The notes under the pieces: model-generated
Databases searched by the model: none
Told to the model about the DNA's origin: nothing
What the model saw: only the letters and a program-made list of their open reading frames with translations
DNA from: Rhodocyclaceae bacterium
Lineage (GTDB): Bacteria > Pseudomonadota > Gammaproteobacteria > Burkholderiales > Rhodocyclaceae
Reading direction: 5' to 3'
Length of the DNA stretch: 64,000 nt
Assembly: GCA_008080565.1 (NCBI GenBank)
Contig: VIKE01000048.1
Span: 15,911-79,910 of the forward strand
Program-made: the position numbers and the translations under genes
Shown here: in pieces, positions 45,559 to 55,354 of the stretch
How positions within the stretch are numbered: the stretch's first letter is position 1
Layout of the letters: each line of letters begins with the position of its first letter

Positions 45559-46160
45559 CGCACGCCAGTCACCGAGACGACAAACTTGCCAGTAGCCAGC
45601 TTGTTCCTACCCAGCAGGCGCTTCCGAAGACGAGACAGGGGCTCTGTCTTCCAACTGACGGTGCAATCGCGCTTGTGGCCAGCCATGGACGGAAGTGCGC
45701 GTCCGCCGAGGATGGACACCGCAAATTCGTTGGCGAGGCTCGGGGTGGCGACATGAGCACTACCCGGAAGACTGAAGCGCTCGATCCACGCACGTACCTT
45801 GATCAGTTCGCCCCGTGCGAGCTGAGTGATCAGGGGGTTCTCGACTTTTGTGTCGCAAGTCAGCACAACGAACGGCTGCACAGGCCGCCCTTCGCGGACG
45901 AGCTCCGCGGCTGCGGCCATGGCCAGGCCCAGAGTGGTACTGCTGTCTTTTCCAAAGCTCGTGCTAAAGGCGGTCCGATGGGAACTCATCAACCATTTTA
46001 GGATTGCCGTGGCCTTGGCGATTTTCTCCTCGATCTCGCCCTCGGGCATTGCGCTCAGCTCGGCCGGTGCTTCAGCGATCAAGACGGGAGAAAACTCATC
46101 TCCTGCCTTGCGCTCAAGATCGGCTTGGAATTCGGGAAAGAGGAGGGGTTGGGCCAGCAT
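45559..46160 (-). pseudogene. 5' part of DndC/PAPS-reductase-like gene
   Basis: STSFGKDSS PP-loop, CDTKVENP, RDCTVSWKTEP, VTGVR at the junction. Confidence 0.88.
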
Positions 46161-46184
46161 GAATGATCTCCGTTGATGGAGATC

Positions 46185-46218
46185 AGTTTGCCTACCTGGC
46201 CTTGTTCATTCTCATTTT
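46185..46218 (-). promoter_or_regulatory. backbone-motif promoter (GAGAA-N18-CAAACT)
   Basis: Shared geometry. Confidence 0.5.
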
Positions 46219-46339
46219 TATCATTCTAAGTGTGGGCGTAATTGCTTACGGAGCGCCCCAAGAGTGCCATCGGCTCCTTGCTTACAGCGTCCAGCCGCTG
46301 AACGAAGCCATGCACAGAGGCGGAATGGGCGGTAAAGAA

Positions 46340-46729
46340 TCAGGAACCGGACCGGCTGCTGAGCTGAGCGTAATTGAGCATCCGTTCCAACTTGACGTGC
46401 GCGTCCGTCTGGGACACCGTATTCGGCAGGATCGCATTGGGGTCCGCCGCCGCCGTTCGCAGGCAAGTCAAAATTTCGCTCTGAGTCTCACCCTGGCGGT
46501 GCAGCTTGCACGTCATGGCGAGGCCCGCGAGGAAGGCTCGGTCAGCCTCATTTAATCGGTCCAGGAAGGGCCAAACTTTCTCCAGGCGCTCGATGTCGGC
46601 GCGGGCGGCATGTCGCCCTGCAATATTGGCGCCGATCAAAGAGAAGACGAACAGGAGCGCGACAGCCAGCAGAATGGTCGGGCGCTTCAACAAGACCTTG
46701 ATGTCCGTGCGCCCCGGATGAACAGTCAT
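46340..46729 (-). CDS. hypothetical exported/membrane protein
   Basis: N-terminal TM; coupled. Confidence 0.65.
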   Translation of the reverse strand: MTVHPGRTDIKVLLKRPTILLAVALLFVFSLIGANIAGRHAARADIERLEKVWPFLDRLNEADRAFLAGLAMTCKLHRQGETQSEILTCLRTAAADPNAILPNTVSQTDAHVKLERMLNYAQLSSRSGS

Positions 46730-47226
46730 GCAGATCCTTTGCCGAAGAAGACTGCAGTCTTGATGCCGCGCGCTTCCAAAGCTTCAGCGATATCCATTGG
46801 ATCGGTGGTAACTTCATCCGCGTAAGCGGCGTCCCCGAAGTTGTCGGCGCTGTAGAGGTAGTTCCAGCGGGCAGCTGCTTCTTCCGGGAAGGCTAGGGCC
46901 TGGAGAATCATGGTCGTCCCGCCGTCGAGCCAGCCACACTCCACCTTGGCTTGGTCCGGCCAGTCATGTTGGAAGGCCTCCCGGAAGACGGAGCGCCCCT
47001 GGTTTGCCAGGTCCTCCGGCACGCCCGCCTGCAGTGCGGCCGTCATCCAGCGATCCCATGGGTAGTCACCTGCGGTACCGCCAAAGACCGGTGAGGTCAG
47101 CACAACATCACGCAAGCGGATCAGGTCAAGTCCGTTGAGGACCGGAACAATGGGCATCATGGGAGTCTCCAAGTCTGAATGGGGGCTTTGAGCGGCGAGG
47201 GTATCACGCGGTGAAATGGATGCCAT
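46726..47226 (-). CDS. hypothetical protein
   Basis: 166 aa in operon. Confidence 0.65.
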   Translation of the reverse strand: MASISPRDTLAAQSPHSDLETPMMPIVPVLNGLDLIRLRDVVLTSPVFGGTAGDYPWDRWMTAALQAGVPEDLANQGRSVFREAFQHDWPDQAKVECGWLDGGTTMILQALAFPEEAAARWNYLYSADNFGDAAYADEVTTDPMDIAEALEARGIKTAVFFGKGSA

Positions 47227-47233
47227 CAGGATG

Positions 47234-48187
47234 TTAGGTCGAAGCCGGTCGGATCCGGCCGAAGGTCGTCAGGTTGACGACGTTCATCCACTCGCGGCGA
47301 ATGAGATGTCCAGACTGGCATTCTAGCCAGGGCTGGACAATGTACGGGGGGTGGCTTGCCACACGCTCAAAAGCGAACTGAAGCATCAGGGCCCACTTTA
47401 TTCCATCCTTTGGCATGATGAAAACGCAGGGCGGCCCCATGCGAACGCCGGCATTCCGCAGATGTTGCTCGAAATGCTTCCAGGCCGAGTAGTCGGAGGC
47501 AGAAGCCTCATCCTCAACAGGGAATACATATGGAATGCGCCTGAATTCTAGACCGGCCGGGACACTCTCCCCCCAGTTCCGGAGTTCGGCGATTACCTGG
47601 GCGGACTCGAACTCGGACAGGGACTCGTCGATGTAATAGGCATGCATCGGATGTTGATCCTGGATGGGCAAGGGAGGTGTCAGACTGGCCACCAGGGTGG
47701 TGATGACCTCAGCGGAGGGCGGCGCCAGATCCGATTGCACCAGTTCCGGGGCGTCCGGCACGGTATCCGTGGGCGGCTGTTTGCGGCTCTCCCAATTCGT
47801 CCACCAGCCCGGTAAGAGGGAATAGACCGCCTGGGTCACAGAAATGCCGAATACAGCTGCAGCCGAAACCTTGCCAAGCCACACCCAGAAGTTGATGAGG
47901 GCAGGCAACTCCATTTGCGGTACCAGCAGGATCCCGGCGAAGTAGGGGAGGGTTAGGGCCACGAAATCCGTGATGGACCAGAACAGTCGCTGCAGGGGGT
48001 CGGAGTGGAGTAGGGCTGTCCAAGCCATCAGGATCAGACAGAAACGTTGTAGCGTCGGTGTGAACCACCAGGGGTTTGGGACAAGGCCGCTCTCATGACC
48101 CAACCCCCATGCCATCCCGAACAAGGCTGAGCAGAACACGAGGAGCGCGACATCATGGCGTGTCAAAAACGTGGTGAAGTTCTTCAT
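47234..48187 (-). CDS. hypothetical membrane protein
   Basis: Four N-terminal TM segments plus soluble domain. Confidence 0.7.
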   Translation of the reverse strand: MKNFTTFLTRHDVALLVFCSALFGMAWGLGHESGLVPNPWWFTPTLQRFCLILMAWTALLHSDPLQRLFWSITDFVALTLPYFAGILLVPQMELPALINFWVWLGKVSAAAVFGISVTQAVYSLLPGWWTNWESRKQPPTDTVPDAPELVQSDLAPPSAEVITTLVASLTPPLPIQDQHPMHAYYIDESLSEFESAQVIAELRNWGESVPAGLEFRRIPYVFPVEDEASASDYSAWKHFEQHLRNAGVRMGPPCVFIMPKDGIKWALMLQFAFERVASHPPYIVQPWLECQSGHLIRREWMNVVNLTTFGRIRPAST

Positions 48188-49299
48188 GCGGGATATACCT
48201 TCACCAGGGCTTTGTTGCGCTCCATCATGCTGGCCACGCTGCGCTTGGCTGCATCGAATTCCTCGGCGCCAGTGGGAGCAAGAACGAAGACGGGGGTCGG
48301 ATTTTCGCCTTCGAGAATGGCAAAATCAGCTAGCACATGGTCAGGGTAGCTATCAAACCGCAGTGGCCGCAAGAGGGGGCGCCCTTCAGCGATAAGTTCG
48401 GCGGCCACCTCGGCTTCTCTGTGCGATCGGCAGGGGAAGTAGTTGGCGTCGGTGGGCAGCACCGCCATGTTGGTCACCGTGTAGTTCCCTTCCCGGCGGG
48501 CCGGCTTGGCAACGACGAGGCACAAGGCATACTCAGGGTTGGAATTGAAATAGTGGGCTGCCCAACGCGCTTCCATCTGCTCGGCAGCGTCTTTCGAAGC
48601 CCACAGGCGCAGGCCAGGGAGGTGCTTGAGGACGACCTGCCAACTGTAGGTGGTCAGCCGAAGCTCCTTAAGGGGAGCCAGGATCAGCGCACCGCCCTGG
48701 GTGGTACTAATTTTCGCTTCGCAGGCTGCCAGAGCATCGGCGCTGCGCTCACGTACATAGCGGTCTGGGAGTAAAAGGCTGGTCGATAGCGGCACAGCCC
48801 CGAAGCAAATGGATTGCGACGCGGAAATCAGCTTTTCCCTAACCCTCGACCAGGTCCGCGGCTCCTCGCCTGTCTGCACTCGATTGAGATCGGCCTGTTC
48901 AATGAGGACTTCGAGAACCCCGTCAATGCTCACCTCAGTAATGGGGGCGGCCTGGCGCTCGCGGCGATCCAGGTTTGCAGCCAGTTGGAGGGTTCCGTCA
49001 GCACCTTCCACAATTGCACCGGGGGCGTAGGAGAGGGCGCCCGAAAGGAGTGTGCTGTCCTCGACGGACGCGCAGTTGTCCGCATGGAGGAAGCCGCTGC
49101 CAGGCATTCTGGAAAGGTAATATATTTGGCCGCGACGGCCGACGTACATCTCGACGCCGCCTGGTTTGCACATGCAACGCGGCCGGCGATCGGTGCCGTG
49201 GCTTTCCTTGAGCAGTTGTTGCCCAGCGCGTGTCGATACCAGCCATTCCGCAGTGTGGATGCCGGAGCCGATTGCAACGCGTTGGACGAGGTGCTTCAT
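48184..49299 (-). CDS. DUF1173-like protein
   Basis: PRCMC..GVEMYV..LSRMPGSG..HADNC; RPLRFD..ADF. Confidence 0.7.
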   Translation of the reverse strand: MKHLVQRVAIGSGIHTAEWLVSTRAGQQLLKESHGTDRRPRCMCKPGGVEMYVGRRGQIYYLSRMPGSGFLHADNCASVEDSTLLSGALSYAPGAIVEGADGTLQLAANLDRRERQAAPITEVSIDGVLEVLIEQADLNRVQTGEEPRTWSRVREKLISASQSICFGAVPLSTSLLLPDRYVRERSADALAACEAKISTTQGGALILAPLKELRLTTYSWQVVLKHLPGLRLWASKDAAEQMEARWAAHYFNSNPEYALCLVVAKPARREGNYTVTNMAVLPTDANYFPCRSHREAEVAAELIAEGRPLLRPLRFDSYPDHVLADFAILEGENPTPVFVLAPTGAEEFDAAKRSVASMMERNKALVKVYPA

Positions 49300-49613
49300 C
49301 CAAAGGGCCTTTTGTCAGGGAGCAAGCTGACCACGTTGACAGGGAGGTTGGCCATTTTCCTGAATCGGACCGTGGCCTCATCATAGCTTGCCCATTGCAG
49401 AAGGTCATTGAGGCCGGGGCGCGTCAGAGGTGCTGTCAGAAGGCCGTAACCCCCAGCCTGATAGTTGGGAGACATGGCAATCAGCCTGCGAGGCTGCATC
49501 TTGCAAACCGAATATGAGCCATCTTTCCTCAAAAGGACGGCGTGTTCGTCTGAGCCCAACTGATGGTGCATCACGAATTCATATTCAGGTAGGGCGTTAA
49601 TCAACTTTTTCAT
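49296..49613 (-). CDS. hypothetical protein
   Basis: 105 aa, overlaps both neighbours. Confidence 0.6.
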   Translation of the reverse strand: MKKLINALPEYEFVMHHQLGSDEHAVLLRKDGSYSVCKMQPRRLIAMSPNYQAGGYGLLTAPLTRPGLNDLLQWASYDEATVRFRKMANLPVNVVSLLPDKRPFG

Positions 49614-51075
49614 TGTTTTTCGACGGAGACTTCAGCCGCGGTCGCTCTCGGCGATTCCAAATGGCACGGCATTCCTCTGCCGTGGAGGTAATAGGTGAAG
49701 ACAATTTGCAGAGGCAGCACTGGATCATATGGCCATTGTCGATGGGTATCGCTGCTGCCTCGCTACCACAACAGGGACATGCTCTGATGCTGCTATCACC
49801 TGGGCGAGCCGGTGCTGTCACTGCCAGGCGATCAAAATCTTCAGGCGAAAGCTGTAGTGCTTCGCAAGCGTACTGACGGAAAAATATTGCCAGGCCGGGG
49901 GCGGCAAACTGGCGCCACAGAGCTGCTGCTACGGATAGTGACTTTGCTCTCGCCTCGGGTATCTTCGCGCCACGAGTGATTTCGCCAATCAGGTACGCGG
50001 CAAGCGTTGGGGAGGCATCCAGGACTTCCTGAAAGCACTCGGCCCCGTGAGCTCTGACGAAACTATCCGGATCGTCGCCAGCAGGCAATCGGCATAGCCT
50101 AATTTCATGATGGTCACTTGCCAGCGGGACCAGCATCTCTGCGGCGCGCCAGGTTGCCTTTGAGCCGGCGGAATCACCATCGAAACAAAAAAACACCCGG
50201 TCCGCTGCGGACAACACCAATTCAGCCTGTACGTCCGTCAGTGCGGTGCCGCAGGTTGAAACGATGTGCTCAATCCCCGCCTGCGCAGGCGTGACAACAT
50301 CAAAGAACCCTTCGCACACGATGATCGAGCGGGTCATTCGAATTGCCTGCTTGGCTTGCTGGAAGCCGAAGAGAACACGCCCCTTCTGATACAGGGCTGT
50401 TTCAGGCGTGTTGAGGTATTTGGGGCCATCCTGACCAATCCGCCGGCCACCAAATCCAATGACATCACCCGTGTCACTGCGGACAGGAAAGAGAACCCTG
50501 TTGCGGAAGAAGTCGTAGCAGCCCTTTTTCTCTTTGCGAGGAACCGCCAGCCCACCGGCAATCAGGCAATCTCGATCGAAGGAGCGGTCATCGGTCAGCG
50601 TGCCCCATGCCTCTGGCGCAAAGCCAATACCGAAGCGAATTATGGTGTCGTCCTCGATCCCACGCTCGTTGAGCGTAGTCATCCCCGCTTCTCCATTCGG
50701 CCCGAGAAGCAACTGCTGGTATTTGGCGCATGCCCGACGCAGTACGTCTCTCGTCCCGGTGAGAGCATCCGGCCTGTCCTGTGCAGGCTTGCTGGATGGG
50801 ACTTCCATGCCGGTGCGTGAGGCGAGGGCGCGAACAGCTTCCGGGAAGGTCAGACCTTGTTTGTTCATCAGAAACTCAAGTGCGTTTCCATGCGCCCCAC
50901 AGCCGAAGCAATGATAGTGGTCATGAAAAACCTTGAAGCTGGGGGTGGCTTCGGAATGAAAAGGACATAGCCCTTCATGGGTACCTGCACGCTTGTCGAG
51001 CGCAACCGTCTCACCGATGAACTCGGGGAGGTCGAGGCTCGCCAGGATGTTGTCAATGACGTATTGAGGGATCAC
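49597..51075 (-). CDS. dnaG: DNA primase with C-terminal Lar-like Zn ribbon
   Basis: CPFH..HCFGC, FGGR, KYLNTPET, EGFFDV, FDGDSAG; tail CPCCGS..CCLC..WNRR. Confidence 0.92.
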   Translation of the reverse strand: MIPQYVIDNILASLDLPEFIGETVALDKRAGTHEGLCPFHSEATPSFKVFHDHYHCFGCGAHGNALEFLMNKQGLTFPEAVRALASRTGMEVPSSKPAQDRPDALTGTRDVLRRACAKYQQLLLGPNGEAGMTTLNERGIEDDTIIRFGIGFAPEAWGTLTDDRSFDRDCLIAGGLAVPRKEKKGCYDFFRNRVLFPVRSDTGDVIGFGGRRIGQDGPKYLNTPETALYQKGRVLFGFQQAKQAIRMTRSIIVCEGFFDVVTPAQAGIEHIVSTCGTALTDVQAELVLSAADRVFFCFDGDSAGSKATWRAAEMLVPLASDHHEIRLCRLPAGDDPDSFVRAHGAECFQEVLDASPTLAAYLIGEITRGAKIPEARAKSLSVAAALWRQFAAPGLAIFFRQYACEALQLSPEDFDRLAVTAPARPGDSSIRACPCCGSEAAAIPIDNGHMIQCCLCKLSSPITSTAEECRAIWNRRERPRLKSPSKNNEKVD

Positions 51076-51151
51076 AGGCGGGAAGGTAGCCGCGAAAGAG
51101 GGTCGGAAACAACGTCACGAGTCCATTCCTACGTCTAAAGGGCATAAAACG

Positions 51152-51201
51152 GCTGCATTTCCCTATCGGCAGACTGTTCGGTCGCATGCAATCATTCGTC
51201 A
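51152..51201 (+). repeat. ~50-bp intergenic repeat, copy 2
   Basis: Matches reverse complement of 21611-21659. Confidence 0.75.
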
Positions 51202-51228
51202 AGTTTTCCAAGACCTGTGGACCTTCAG

Positions 51229-52071
51229 ATGAATCGACCGACACCGCAATTGATCAAGATGAAGAAGTGGATGCGCAAAAGCACCGTCAACTTCTTTGAG
51301 CGAAACCCGGACGTCATTGGCGCCCCTAGCTTTGTGCCAATCTGCAACAAGATGATTGCGGATGTGCTGTCGTCAGGTTTCGAGGTGGTTACTCGAGACA
51401 CGCACTTCATCACTTGCCGGTCCAGACAGATACTCTCCCAGAATCTGACGGGCGATATCTTCCAGGAAGATGAAATCTTCAAGGCTGAGTCGGCTATGAA
51501 TGCCCATTTCGAGCGTCTTCACGATTACTTCGATACGCGCATTCAGCAGGGGGAACAGAAGCTGGAACTGGGCGGGTTCGGTAGCAGCGAGATCCAGAAG
51601 CTGGTCACGAATTACGAGACGATGACCGTTACCAACGGCGTCACGCAGTACCTCGACATCCTGGCCAAGGCCGACCACTACATCACTATCCTCCAGTACC
51701 TTTGGGTGACCAGCGAGTTGTCTGATAATCCGGACGAGGCCATGCGCGTGAAGCTCAACACCGAACGCGAAGTACGCCACCATCTGTTCGGAATCACCCG
51801 GGCGAGCAACACGCACTACAACAACATCCGTCGCATCTGTAACGGCGTCGTGGAGCGCCGCCGGCAGGAGCGTGCCAATCAGGCAGAACGTGATCGCCAA
51901 CGCGCCGCTGAGCGCAAGATCAAGGCCGAGCAGGCGGAGGCTCGTCGCCAGGCCGAATCTCAACAGCGGAAGGACGAAAGGCGCCAACGTCGAGACACGG
52001 AGCGTGCTCAGAATCTGGCCGCCGCGCAGAACGAGTTGAACAGCCTGGCTCCGGAAGCCACGCCTGCCTGA
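51229..52071 (+). CDS. hypothetical helical protein (possibly DUF1845/AcaB-like)
   Basis: Long ORF with charged coiled-coil tail; family call is tentative. Confidence 0.6.
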   Translation: MNRPTPQLIKMKKWMRKSTVNFFERNPDVIGAPSFVPICNKMIADVLSSGFEVVTRDTHFITCRSRQILSQNLTGDIFQEDEIFKAESAMNAHFERLHDYFDTRIQQGEQKLELGGFGSSEIQKLVTNYETMTVTNGVTQYLDILAKADHYITILQYLWVTSELSDNPDEAMRVKLNTEREVRHHLFGITRASNTHYNNIRRICNGVVERRRQERANQAERDRQRAAERKIKAEQAEARRQAESQQRKDERRQRRDTERAQNLAAAQNELNSLAPEATPA

Positions 52072-52077
52072 TGACGC

Positions 52078-53970
52078 ATGTCGGTGATCAGACTTAATGA
52101 GGCTCAGCAGGTTGCGGTAGAGTCCGACGACCCGATCCTCTGCTGCGCCTGCCCTGGCAGCGGCAAAACGCGAGTTCTGATCGCCAAGGTCCGGCACATC
52201 CTCAAGACGCATCCGGACCCACGCATCGTAATGACCACTTTCAGCCGTGATGCCGCTGACGAAATGCTTGATCGCATCAAGAGAGAGAAAGGGTTATCAC
52301 GGGAGCAGTTGGATCGCCTGACGATCGGCACCTTTCATTCCCTGGCCCTGCGTCAACTCAAAGACGTCGGCAAGGTCGGAAAGATACTCTCCGACATCGA
52401 GTCCAGGCACCTGATCAACCGCGCGCTTCACGACACCGGATTGGAAGTGTCTATAGAGGACGCCGACGCCGAAATAGCTCGTTGCAAGGCGGACAAAGAG
52501 TACGCGGCCGCTAACCCGGACATGGCCCGTCTCACCTCGGTCTATCGGCGACACCAGCTCGCCATGGGCGGGCAGGACTTCACGGATCTGTTGCTGCTGG
52601 CCAACGACATGATGGCCTCCAAGAAGATCAAGCCGATTCGTGCCACACACCTGATGGCCGATGAGTTCCAGGACATCGATCAGATGCAGTACGACTGGCT
52701 GATGTACCACATTGCGCAGAACCCGGGCCTCTGCGCCGTAGGCGACGACGATCAGAGCATCTACGGGTTCCGCAGGAGCCTCGGCTACAAAGGCATGATG
52801 GACTTCGTTGCAGCCACCGGCGCCACGATCATCACCCTCGACACCAATTACCGCTCCACCGAGGGGATTGTCTCGGCAGCCAGCAAGCTGATTGCCTACA
52901 ACGCAGATCGCGTCCAAAAGCAGATCAAGGCGGCCCGTGGCCATGGCCCACGACCAACTGTAATCGGACTATCCAAGGAAGATAGCCAGGCAATGCGCAT
53001 CGTGCACGTCCTGGATAAACTCTGTGCCACCAACGAGGTTCCCGAGCCGCTGCCGAACCGCGAGCCTTATCGATTCGGCGTCAAGAGCGGTCAGGTGGCC
53101 GTGCTGGCCCGGACGAATGCTCATCTGCACGCTGTAGAAACTGTCTTTCGTAACTCCCGTGTCCCATATTTGCGTACCGGCCGTTCCTTTTGGGACGCTC
53201 CCGTCCTGCAGGTGTACGTGGCTATCCTCGAATCACTGATCCGCCACGACGGAATGGGACTGGAAATTGGACTGCGTTGGGCTCGCATGACCGATGCCAA
53301 CATCCGTCAGTTGAACGAGCTTGCCGGAGGATCCCTTTGGCGCTATATCGACCCTATCGATCCGGTGCCGCCCCCGGCCACTGGCAGTGCAGAGTTCGAT
53401 ATCCTTGTCCGTCTCGGACGCGGATGGGCGACAAAACTGACCGGCCGGGGTGCCGAGCAGGCTGCCGAGGGACCGATCTATGGTGTAGCCGCTTGGATGT
53501 CGCGCGTCATGACAAAGACTTGTGCGGAAGATGAAGACGGAAACCCGATCCAGGAGAAGGGCCGTCGGGAAATCAAAGACCTTGACCGCCTTGAAGCGGC
53601 ACGTGATTCGTTGGCCGATGCCAAGGGATCGCTGTCTACTCGGATTCGCCGGGTACAGGAGAACGATGGCAAAGAAATTCCGCGCGTCGTGCTCTCGACG
53701 TTTCATGCCTCGAAGGGCCTCGAGTGGGACCACGTTTTCCTGATCGACGTCTATGGCGGATCAGTGCCGAAGGCCTCCGAAGCGTGCGAGGACGCCGAGC
53801 TAGCTGAAGAGCGCCGAGTGTTCTACGTGGCCATGACACGTGCCCGCGATTCCCTGACAATTTTTACCCGACAAGATATGCCAATGAGCGAATTCCTGGT
53901 GGATGCCGAATTGACGGGCAATGCCACCACCCCAAAAAACAACAACCAAGAAGAATTGGATCTCCAATGA
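52078..53970 (+). CDS. UvrD/Rep SF1 helicase
   Basis: PGSGKT, DEFQD, VGDDDQSIYGFR, NYRS, STFHASKGLE, EERRVFYVAMTRA. Confidence 0.95.
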   Translation: MSVIRLNEAQQVAVESDDPILCCACPGSGKTRVLIAKVRHILKTHPDPRIVMTTFSRDAADEMLDRIKREKGLSREQLDRLTIGTFHSLALRQLKDVGKVGKILSDIESRHLINRALHDTGLEVSIEDADAEIARCKADKEYAAANPDMARLTSVYRRHQLAMGGQDFTDLLLLANDMMASKKIKPIRATHLMADEFQDIDQMQYDWLMYHIAQNPGLCAVGDDDQSIYGFRRSLGYKGMMDFVAATGATIITLDTNYRSTEGIVSAASKLIAYNADRVQKQIKAARGHGPRPTVIGLSKEDSQAMRIVHVLDKLCATNEVPEPLPNREPYRFGVKSGQVAVLARTNAHLHAVETVFRNSRVPYLRTGRSFWDAPVLQVYVAILESLIRHDGMGLEIGLRWARMTDANIRQLNELAGGSLWRYIDPIDPVPPPATGSAEFDILVRLGRGWATKLTGRGAEQAAEGPIYGVAAWMSRVMTKTCAEDEDGNPIQEKGRREIKDLDRLEAARDSLADAKGSLSTRIRRVQENDGKEIPRVVLSTFHASKGLEWDHVFLIDVYGGSVPKASEACEDAELAEERRVFYVAMTRARDSLTIFTRQDMPMSEFLVDAELTGNATTPKNNNQEELDLQ

Positions 53971-54428
53971 AAGCTACTACTGTGCCTGATGGCGCCAACA
54001 TTCCCGCAATGGTCAGCCACCTGGTTGGTACCCCTGTATCCGCGTTGGCATTAGTGTGTGCCGTTGGCGATGGCCCCCATGCATCGGTAGCTGCCTTCAT
54101 CACTCCCGGCGCTGCTGGCTCCGCCCCCTTCCGTCATGCAATCGAGATGGAAGGTGCATACAGCAACACGCTACTCAGCTTCGACGAAAACAAACCTCCG
54201 TATTATGGGGGTAAGACTATGCCGATCAATCTAAGCCATGCTGCCAATGAGCTTGGGGTTGACCGTGTGCTCTGCCTGGTCACGCTCGACAACGCTGGGA
54301 GCGTGGCCGTGGTCCGCGACTATGATGGACTGGAGGTTACCTTGCTGGAAGCAGCAAACCTGCAGTTCTCCCGGTTCCAGGAAATCCTCGAAGGAACGGT
54401 AACTGCCAGCCAACGCAGGATGCAGTAG
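53967..54428 (+). CDS. hypothetical protein
   Basis: Coupled to helicase. Confidence 0.6.
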   Translation: MKATTVPDGANIPAMVSHLVGTPVSALALVCAVGDGPHASVAAFITPGAAGSAPFRHAIEMEGAYSNTLLSFDENKPPYYGGKTMPINLSHAANELGVDRVLCLVTLDNAGSVAVVRDYDGLEVTLLEAANLQFSRFQEILEGTVTASQRRMQ

Positions 54429-54440
54429 CGGAGCCATGCA

Positions 54441-54707
54441 GTGAGTCTATCCATATTCGCTCCGGTTTCCATTACGAGCCAGATTCACGACGATAAAGAC
54501 CGGCTGTATATGGCCCTTTACGGTGTGGGCGAGGGAGATTTCTGTGCTGCCAGAAGCCTGCTCATGCGCACGATCATCACCGAACGTATGCGAGGAATGA
54601 TCCCGAACGACGCCTTCGATTCAATGGTCGCGCTTGCAGGCCGTCAAGAGGGAAGGAAATGTTTGTTTGCCTTTTTCAGAGTTTCGGTACCGGAGGGAGT
54701 GCTATGA
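54441..54707 (+). CDS. hypothetical protein
   Basis: 88 aa in operon. Confidence 0.5.
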   Translation: MSLSIFAPVSITSQIHDDKDRLYMALYGVGEGDFCAARSLLMRTIITERMRGMIPNDAFDSMVALAGRQEGRKCLFAFFRVSVPEGVL

Positions 54708-54964
54708 GTGAGAGCCAGGACCAAGAGATGACCAGCGGGGAATGGAAAGGCACGTTACTGGGGCTCGGCGTGGTTCTCAGCGCTGGCGTGCTGATCGAAA
54801 GCACCCCGCGGGGAGACTACGGGCAGATCGTCACGATCATTGGCTGCGCGCTCGTGGTAGGTGCTTGCTGCATGGTGGTCGTCCGCACTTTCTCCAGAAA
54901 TCCCGCCCCCTCTTCCGTAAGCTTGAAGGCGGAGGTCAATACCAATGGATATGCAAGAGTTTGA
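54704..54964 (+). CDS. two-TM hypothetical protein
   Basis: ATGA-coupled start MSESQ. Confidence 0.6.
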   Translation: MSESQDQEMTSGEWKGTLLGLGVVLSAGVLIESTPRGDYGQIVTIIGCALVVGACCMVVVRTFSRNPAPSSVSLKAEVNTNGYARV

Positions 54965-55223
54965 ATCGATGCCGGCCAGTTGCTTCGTCTTCATCCATGC
55001 TTCACCCGGAGACCGGGTGGGGATGGTCACGCGCGGCGTATCGGGTTGTCTCATCACCAAAGTCGACCAGAAAGATATGACAGACGCCGAGGCCAAGAAA
55101 GTTGTTCAGGTGCTGAATGCACATAATGGCGTCCAGCCCGAAGCGGCGGACCGCATGCTGGCGGCCGCCATGAGCGGTTGGCGCTGCCAGCGGCGCGGTT
55201 ACGAGGAAGGCCTTGCCGCATGA
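54945..55223 (+). CDS. hypothetical protein
   Basis: LNAHNGV..MLAAAMSGW; GGAGG SD. Confidence 0.6.
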   Translation: MDMQEFESMPASCFVFIHASPGDRVGMVTRGVSGCLITKVDQKDMTDAEAKKVVQVLNAHNGVQPEAADRMLAAAMSGWRCQRRGYEEGLAA

Positions 55224-55354
55224 GTTCCAAACAGGCTGCCCTCGTCTTCACCGTGCTGACCATCGTGCTGGCACTGTACAGCGCGTATTTGCATCGCTCT
55301 GCCGAGGATGAACCGTTGCCTGCCGCCCCCGTCGCCCCAAGGAATCAGCCATGA
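55220..55354 (+). CDS. 44-aa single-TM protein
   Basis: ATGA-coupled on both sides; MSSKQAALVFTVLTIVLALY. Confidence 0.55.
   Translation: MSSKQAALVFTVLTIVLALYSAYLHRSAEDEPLPAAPVAPRNQP

Noticed and set aside
24638-46160. Complete dnd phosphorothioation system
   Set aside because: Only a DndC/PAPS-reductase-like gene is seen; no dndB, dndD or dndE in the window
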